From: Bdellovibrionota bacterium
GTDB lineage: Bacteria > Bdellovibrionota > UBA1018 > UBA923
Assembly: GCA_040754655.1 (NCBI GenBank)
Contig: JBFMCE010000101.1
Location: forward strand, 1 to 13,111
Direction: 5' to 3'
DNA length: 13,111 bases
Made by a program: the position numbers and the translations under genes
Part shown: in pieces, positions 8,353-13,111 of the stretch
Position numbering within the stretch: position 1 is the first letter of the stretch
Layout: each line of letters opens with the position of its first letter
Notes under the pieces: model-generated
Database searches by the model: none
What the model was told of the DNA's origin: nothing
Seen by the model: the letters and a program-made list of their open reading frames with translations, nothing else

Positions 8353-10504
8353 TCGTGTCCTCCTGGGTATCAGTCGCTAGGATTTCGAGAAAAAAAGTTC
8401 CGTTTTGCATTTCGTATGGAATCACAATCGCTCCAGACTGCGCTTTATTTAGTTTTTTTGCCAAAGCTTGGCCAGTCAGCACGGTCGGAAACGAGGGCTT
8501 GAGCTCATAACCTAATGCGCGCAGCTCAGGGTCCATCACGCCGAACGCGATATTGAGCAGTTCCCCCGCGAGGTCTTGGTTGTCTGCTGAGATCGTCTTC
8601 ACGCCGGTATCTTGAAACATGTTCGCGTAGATCTTGAGGAAAGTGGTTTCTGAAAAACCCAGGAGCAAGCTCGTATTGAATTCTTTTCCCGACAGGTTTA
8701 TCAGGCCAGCGACTTTGATGTCGCCATGTTCATGGTCTTCGCGAAAAACGGGCTCGCCAGGGGTGACATGGGTGTTCGTGTGTCCTCTCAAGGTCTCTCG
8801 GATCCCTTTTGTAAGTATTCCCAGCAGGTTTTTCTTTTGCATCACGTGTTGAAGGACGTTTTTCGAGAAATGGGGGATAGGCCCGCTTTTCTTTTTAAAA
8901 ACCACGCTCACTTGAGTTCCCTTATTGAGTTCACTTTTGAGTTCCACGAAACCGCCGAACTTGCACGCGGTTTGGTGAACTGCTTCAAGCCCGACGCCGC
9001 GACCTGACATCTCGGTGACTTGGTCCTTGGTTGAAAAGTCGCCCTGCAAAAGAAGTTGATGGCAGTCTTTCTCGGTCTTTGGAATGGGCAGTCCTTTTTC
9101 GCGGGCTTTTGCTTTGATTTTTTCGTAATTCAGCCCGGGGCCATCATCCTTGAACGACAGGCGGTATTCATCGCCGGATTGCTGCAGCCTCATGACGATT
9201 TTGCCGTGAACCGGTTTTCCTAGGCGCTGTCGTTCTTCAGGAGGCTCGATGCCATGGTCTGCCGCATTTTGCGCGAGGTGGATGAGCGATTTGAAAAGCT
9301 CGGTATAGAGATCAGGCCTGATCGAATCAGATGGCAGCCATTCAATGGGACTGGCATTTTTTTGCAAGCGCAGCGCCGCTTGGATGAAGGCATCGCTAAG
9401 CCATCCTAGGACTTCCTTGGCCGAGGCTTCGGCAAGCTCTTCGATCGCCGTCAGGATTGGTTTTGGGACCTTGGCTTCGTACGCTTTTTCGAGAAGTTGG
9501 TGCAAGGCTGCCGTGCGGACTCGCACCGAGGGCGATCGGTCACTTTTTAAATTGAGGATTTGATCATGCTCGTTGATGAACGTCGCGACGGAAGTTTGAA
9601 TTTCATCCAAAGCCTGAGTGTACAAAGCAGGGGAGTACTTGTTCTTCAAGCGGTCTTCCCAAGCATGGCATAAGGAAGCGAATTCCCGGCATTCGAGAAA
9701 CCCAAAGCTGCCCTTTAGGGTATGCAGTGACCTTATTGCTTCATGCTCGGAAGGACTGCGCGAGCTCAAAGATTCGATCATCTCAAGAAGGCTGATGAAG
9801 TCATTCCGTGACCGCAAGATCTTCACAAGGGTCTTGTTGGTTTGGCGTTCTTCTTCGCTCTTCCTCTCTAACTTGCGCATTTCAGTGACATCGGTCGCGA
9901 TGATCATGATGCGTTTGATAGAGCCGTGCTCGCTACGGATAGGGCGGTATTGCATTGCGATGGCCTTGCCATTTTTTTCAATCAGCGAAGGCAGTACCCC
10001 GACATAATCCTCAAACGGAATCATTTCAGCGAAGAGCGTGCGGATCGAGGCGCCCCATTCGGACTTGTCCTGCCCCAAGAGCTCTCCTAAATGCCTGCCC
10101 GCGGGGTTTGGCCCGAACAGCGTCGTCACTATCGACGAGCATTCGTCGCTCACGCGCGCGCTTTCGTCGACCGAGAAAAAACCTTGGCCCGCGTTATCCA
10201 AAAGCAGGCGAATAGATTCCGTTCGTTCTTTGACCTGCGACTCAAGCTGGCTATTGTGCTTGCGCAGCTCTTCATTTCGCATTTCGGCCAGTTGCTGTTT
10301 GCGTAAGTTTTCTTCCATCCGGCCGCGCGCGGTGGCGAGCGCCTTGTGAATCGAAGACTGGTGCTCGGAATTGTAGAGTTGCTTGACCTTCTGTTTGAGA
10401 ACCGTGAGAGTCGCCTCGGCCGCTTTTAATTTCTCACCCGGGCTCAATTCAAGATTATCCGCCGGGACCTGAGGGACTATCTTCAACGCTGTTTTGTTTT
10501 TCAT
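8345..10504 (-). CDS. CheA-like histidine kinase fused to a CheX phosphatase domain (coiled coil-PAS-Hpt-HATPase-CheX); no CheW/P5 domain
   Basis: Signalling helix ESQVKERT, then PAS (LLDNAGQGFFSVD...IATDVTE), Hpt RSLHTLKG (His261), and a CheA-type ATP-binding domain (HLAQNAADHGIE, DDGPGL, FSTKDQVTEMSGRGVGL). The C-terminus is CheX-like (VAGLINLSG...LLLGF...DLAGELLNIAFG; E648-x-x-N651). Confidence 0.92.
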   Translation of the reverse strand: MKNKTALKIVPQVPADNLELSPGEKLKAAEATLTVLKQKVKQLYNSEHQSSIHKALATARGRMEENLRKQQLAEMRNEELRKHNSQLESQVKERTESIRLLLDNAGQGFFSVDESARVSDECSSIVTTLFGPNPAGRHLGELLGQDKSEWGASIRTLFAEMIPFEDYVGVLPSLIEKNGKAIAMQYRPIRSEHGSIKRIMIIATDVTEMRKLERKSEEERQTNKTLVKILRSRNDFISLLEMIESLSSRSPSEHEAIRSLHTLKGSFGFLECREFASLCHAWEDRLKNKYSPALYTQALDEIQTSVATFINEHDQILNLKSDRSPSVRVRTAALHQLLEKAYEAKVPKPILTAIEELAEASAKEVLGWLSDAFIQAALRLQKNASPIEWLPSDSIRPDLYTELFKSLIHLAQNAADHGIEPPEERQRLGKPVHGKIVMRLQQSGDEYRLSFKDDGPGLNYEKIKAKAREKGLPIPKTEKDCHQLLLQGDFSTKDQVTEMSGRGVGLEAVHQTACKFGGFVELKSELNKGTQVSVVFKKKSGPIPHFSKNVLQHVMQKKNLLGILTKGIRETLRGHTNTHVTPGEPVFREDHEHGDIKVAGLINLSGKEFNTSLLLGFSETTFLKIYANMFQDTGVKTISADNQDLAGELLNIAFGVMDPELRALGYELKPSFPTVLTGQALAKKLNKAQSGAIVIPYEMQNGTFFLEILATDTQEDTNV

Positions 10505-11646
10505 GCCGCCTCACCGAATACAATGCCCACCAAGGTCTGGTTGATGTGCAGGCCATTGAGTTGTTCACCGTAGGTGTCGAAGCCGATTGATTGGCGTGCG
10601 AGATTGTTCGAGAGTATTTTCCCCAGTGTGTCGTGGTAATTTTTAGACGAGGCTTCTAGGCTCCTCAGAATGCAGTTGCATCCGATGAACCAATCCGCCC
10701 TTTTCAGGGTTTTTCTGACCTTTTCGACGTCATTGCGGAGCGTTTCTTCCATTGAAAGGTGGTTTGCGATTTCGAGCACCATGCCTTCTTCCACCGCGCA
10801 GTAGAAGACGAGGCTGCCATCGGCCTCTGCTTTCTGGATTGAACGCACGTAAACTTCGTTATTGCAAGAAAAGGTGAGGGGGTGCATCGAGAACACGGCG
10901 GGGCTGAGTCGTTCAATACTCAAGCCCAGCGCGCGCGCATAAGCTTCAGCCGCAGGACGCCCATCGAAGGTGAGTACCTTTCTTTCCGCAACGTTCACTT
11001 CTGTGACCACCAAGTCTCGTTCAGAGCGCAAGAAATGCTGGTGTTTTATGACGTGGAAGGGGATCGAGCTTTCTCCCAGCACTACTACGGCAGCGTCAGA
11101 GAGGCATTCTCCGTTGGCCATCACGAAGGTGTTCACGAATTTCAAATCGTCACCGGCAGAGCCACCAAGAAATGGGATGCCTTCGAAGGCGTCAGCGAGG
11201 AGTGCTGCTGAACGTTCTTCTTTTTTTGAAAGCCCGTCAAAAAAGCCCAGGCAGAAATGGCGTTTGGAATCGAGATTCTCAAGCGTAAGGCCAAGCCGAT
11301 GGCTCAATTCGAGTGCGACTTTCGCAGCTCTTTCAGAATCAATTTTTGACAACTCGTTCACCGGCGCTACAGCCCAGCGAATCTCTTTTGAGACCACTGC
11401 GGATACGACGAGTGAGCCTGTGAGGCGTTTTCCGTCAAGATACTCGCCCGCAGTGGTGCATCCCACTGAAGGCACGCCTGGAAATCTTTTCTTGATTTCA
11501 GCAGCCAGCTTGCGCGGGTCTTGCGAGGTCGAATGAAAGACTATGAGGAACTGAATGTCGTTGCCATTGATCGCCCAAGAGCCAGTGGCTTCATCGAGAG
11601 CCTTGGCTGCGTCTTGCGCCGTCGAAACACCGCTGAGAATCTTCAT
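10501..11646 (-). CDS. FIST-domain signal transduction protein (FIST_N + FIST_C; NosP-like)
   Basis: FIST motifs GCTTAGE, FDGLS..EE, FLGGSAGDDLKF, CNCILR and GFDTYGEQLNGLHINQT. It has a GAGGAG SD, and its stop overlaps the kinase start (ATGA at 10501-10504). Confidence 0.93.
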   Translation of the reverse strand: MKILSGVSTAQDAAKALDEATGSWAINGNDIQFLIVFHSTSQDPRKLAAEIKKRFPGVPSVGCTTAGEYLDGKRLTGSLVVSAVVSKEIRWAVAPVNELSKIDSERAAKVALELSHRLGLTLENLDSKRHFCLGFFDGLSKKEERSAALLADAFEGIPFLGGSAGDDLKFVNTFVMANGECLSDAAVVVLGESSIPFHVIKHQHFLRSERDLVVTEVNVAERKVLTFDGRPAAEAYARALGLSIERLSPAVFSMHPLTFSCNNEVYVRSIQKAEADGSLVFYCAVEEGMVLEIANHLSMEETLRNDVEKVRKTLKRADWFIGCNCILRSLEASSKNYHDTLGKILSNNLARQSIGFDTYGEQLNGLHINQTLVGIVFGEAA

Positions 11647-11669
11647 TGTGACGCGTCTCCTCGTTGTTT

Positions 11670-11696
11670 TTATCGGCGAAGAAACGTCATTCTAAA
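11670..11696 (-). promoter_or_regulatory. Sigma28 (FliA)-type promoter driving the FIST-kinase-cheY operon
   Basis: The minus strand reads TTTA-G-N14-GCCGATAA. The -10 element (11670-11677) is a perfect match at canonical spacing from an imperfect -35 element, and it lies 23 nt upstream of the FIST ATG. Confidence 0.7.
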
Positions 11697-11758
11697 TAGG
11701 ATGCAAAATTTACCCAGCTCTCACGTGAAAGCAGATGCGAGAATTTCAACAGAGCGGG

Positions 11759-12943
11759 CTAGACTGCTTGTCCGGCGGCCCAGCCCGAGGCCCAGGCCCA
11801 CTGGTAGTTGTAACCGCCAAGCCAGCCAGTGACGTCAACGACTTCGCCGATGAAAAAGAGGCCGGGGCATTTTTTCGACTCCATCGTCTTTGACGAGAGT
11901 TCACTGGTACTCACCCCGCCACGAGTGACCTCTGCTTTGGTGTAGCCTACGGTGCCATGCGGAACGAAGGTGAAGTTTTGGAGCACTTCGCAGAAATTTT
12001 CAAGTTCGGCCTTGGTGAGGTTTGATAAGCTTTTTTGAGCCGGCCAATGCAAGTCATAGAAGCGCTCAGCCAGCCTTTTTGGGATGAGGTCCGCCATCAT
12101 GTTCTTGATCTCGCTCTTTGAGCTTTTCCGGTCGGAAAACCACTTCATCAACGCGGCTTGTGACATCGCCGGAATGAAATTGATCGTGACCGGATCTTTT
12201 TCATGCCAATGCAAAGAGGCCTGTAGAGCCACTGGGCCACTTAAGCCCACGTGAGTGAAGAGAAGATTCTCTTGGAATGAAATGCCATTGCAGCTCATGA
12301 CGGCGTCTAGTGCAATTCCGGCGAATCCTTCAAACGTCTTGTGGTCTTCTTCATTGAAGGTGAAACCATCTAACGCGGGCGCAAGCGGCGTGACTTCAAG
12401 TCCGAATTGGCGCGCGATCTCATAGCCGATGCCTGTTGCTCCGATCTTAGGAATCGAGAGACCTCCTGTCGCGACAACGACAGAGTGGGCAGTGAATTCT
12501 TTTTGGTCGGTCTGAACAGAAAAACCTGCCTCAGTTTTTGAGACAGACAAGATCTTGTGCTTCAAAAAAAAATCGGCTCCGGCCGCGTCACATTCTTTTT
12601 TCAGCATGTCGATCAGCTGTTGGGCAGACGAGTCGCAAAAGAGTTGCCCGTGTTTTCGCTCGTGAAAGGCAATCCCATGGTCGCGCACCATGGCGATGAA
12701 GTCGTCGGCGGTAAACCTAGAAAGAGCCGATTTGCAAAAGTGTTCATTTTGAGAAACAAATTGCCGTGGCGAGGCTCCGCGGTTTGTGAAATTGCATCTG
12801 CCGCCGCCCGAAATGATGATCTTGCCGCCGACCTTCGCGGCATGATCCAGAAGCGCGACTCGGCGCCCACGCCGGGCGGCATGGATGGCACACATCATTC
12901 CGGCTCCTCCGGCGCCTAAGATTACAACGTCAAATTCGTGCAT
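11759..12943 (-). CDS. yhiN: HI0933/YhiN (BaiN-like) NAD(P)/FAD-dependent flavoprotein oxidoreductase
   Basis: Motifs GAGGAGMMCA, GGKIIISGGGRCNFTN, SQNEHFCKSALSRF, GQLFCD, ATGGLSIPKIGATG, AEVTRGGV and GEVVDVTGWLGGYNYQWAWASG closely match the E. coli YhiN pattern. Confidence 0.93.
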   Translation of the reverse strand: MHEFDVVILGAGGAGMMCAIHAARRGRRVALLDHAAKVGGKIIISGGGRCNFTNRGASPRQFVSQNEHFCKSALSRFTADDFIAMVRDHGIAFHERKHGQLFCDSSAQQLIDMLKKECDAAGADFFLKHKILSVSKTEAGFSVQTDQKEFTAHSVVVATGGLSIPKIGATGIGYEIARQFGLEVTPLAPALDGFTFNEEDHKTFEGFAGIALDAVMSCNGISFQENLLFTHVGLSGPVALQASLHWHEKDPVTINFIPAMSQAALMKWFSDRKSSKSEIKNMMADLIPKRLAERFYDLHWPAQKSLSNLTKAELENFCEVLQNFTFVPHGTVGYTKAEVTRGGVSTSELSSKTMESKKCPGLFFIGEVVDVTGWLGGYNYQWAWASGWAAGQAV

Positions 12944-12946
12944 CGC

Positions 12947-13063
12947 TTATGGGCGAGGGTAGCAGTTGTGGGTGTGGGTGCATTGCAGACAGATCCAGCG
13001 TTTGCAAACCTGACATTCTTGAGTTGCGGGTTCACGTTGGCAGCACTTGCAGATCTTTGACAT
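12947..13063 (-). CDS. Unannotated 38-aa Cys/His-rich zinc-finger-like microprotein
   Basis: Manual translation: MSKICKCCQREPATQECQVCKRWICLQCTHTHNCYPRP*. A GGGAGG SD lies 4 nt before the ATG, and an in-frame TAG just upstream fixes the start. It has three CxxC pairs plus HxC, and its stop lies 3 nt before the yhiN ATG. Confidence 0.75.
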   Translation of the reverse strand: MSKICKCCQREPATQECQVCKRWICLQCTHTHNCYPRP

Positions 13064-13111
13064 CTGGCCTCCCTAAGAGAAAAAGGTACTGCCCTGCAAA
13101 TTACCAAGAAG

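Noticed and set aside
8345..10504. Calling the kinase a canonical cheA of a chemotaxis operon
   Set aside because: It lacks P2 and P5 and carries PAS and CheX domains, and no MCP, CheW, CheR or CheB is nearby, so the gene symbol is withheld.
12564..12572. A9/T9 homopolymer in yhiN as a phase-variation or frameshift site
   Set aside because: The reading frame is intact (D-F-F-L), and a single sequence gives no evidence of slippage.
258..12919. Numerous 60-198 aa antisense or alternate-frame ORFs (e.g. 5085-5681 +, 6442-6936 +, 10970-11536 +)
   Set aside because: They overlap well-supported genes almost entirely and lack recognisable motifs, so they are treated as shadow ORFs.
12922..13107. 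61-aa ORF in the ORF track (MVICRAVPFS...)
   Set aside because: It has a non-ATG start and no visible SD, overlaps the yhiN start and has no recognisable motif. The alternative frame 12947-13063 has an SD, an ATG and a coherent Cys pattern.
1..13111. CRISPR arrays, tRNA/rRNA genes, IS or prophage elements, tandem repeats
   Set aside because: No regularly spaced direct repeats, cloverleaf or rRNA signatures, or transposase/integrase motifs were seen by eye.

Overview
Bacterial window of roughly 50% GC. Its gene content (secreted hypothetical proteins, REC-PilZ regulators, a CheA-like kinase, a sigma28-type promoter) is reminiscent of Bdellovibrionota or other deltaproteobacteria-like organisms; this assignment is inference only. 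The core is a seven-gene minus-strand signalling cluster behind a sigma28 (FliA)-like promoter. In order it encodes a FIST/NosP-like sensor, an unusual coiled-coil-PAS-Hpt-HATPase(CheA-type)-CheX fusion kinase with no CheW/P5 domain, CheY, a CHASE3-PAS hybrid histidine kinase with two REC domains, a stand-alone Hpt, and two tandem REC + degenerate PilZ-like proteins. Upstream lie a yhiN/HI0933 flavoprotein gene and an unannotated 38-aa Cys/His-rich zinc-finger-like microprotein ORF (12947-13063, minus strand) that the ORF track missed. At the left, two divergent secreted hypothetical proteins flank a 344-bp intergenic region with several inverted repeats: a 531-aa Cys/Pro-rich protein followed by an intrinsic terminator, and a 415-aa signal-peptide protein with SLOG/LOG-like motifs. 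No rRNA, tRNA, CRISPR array or mobile element was seen.
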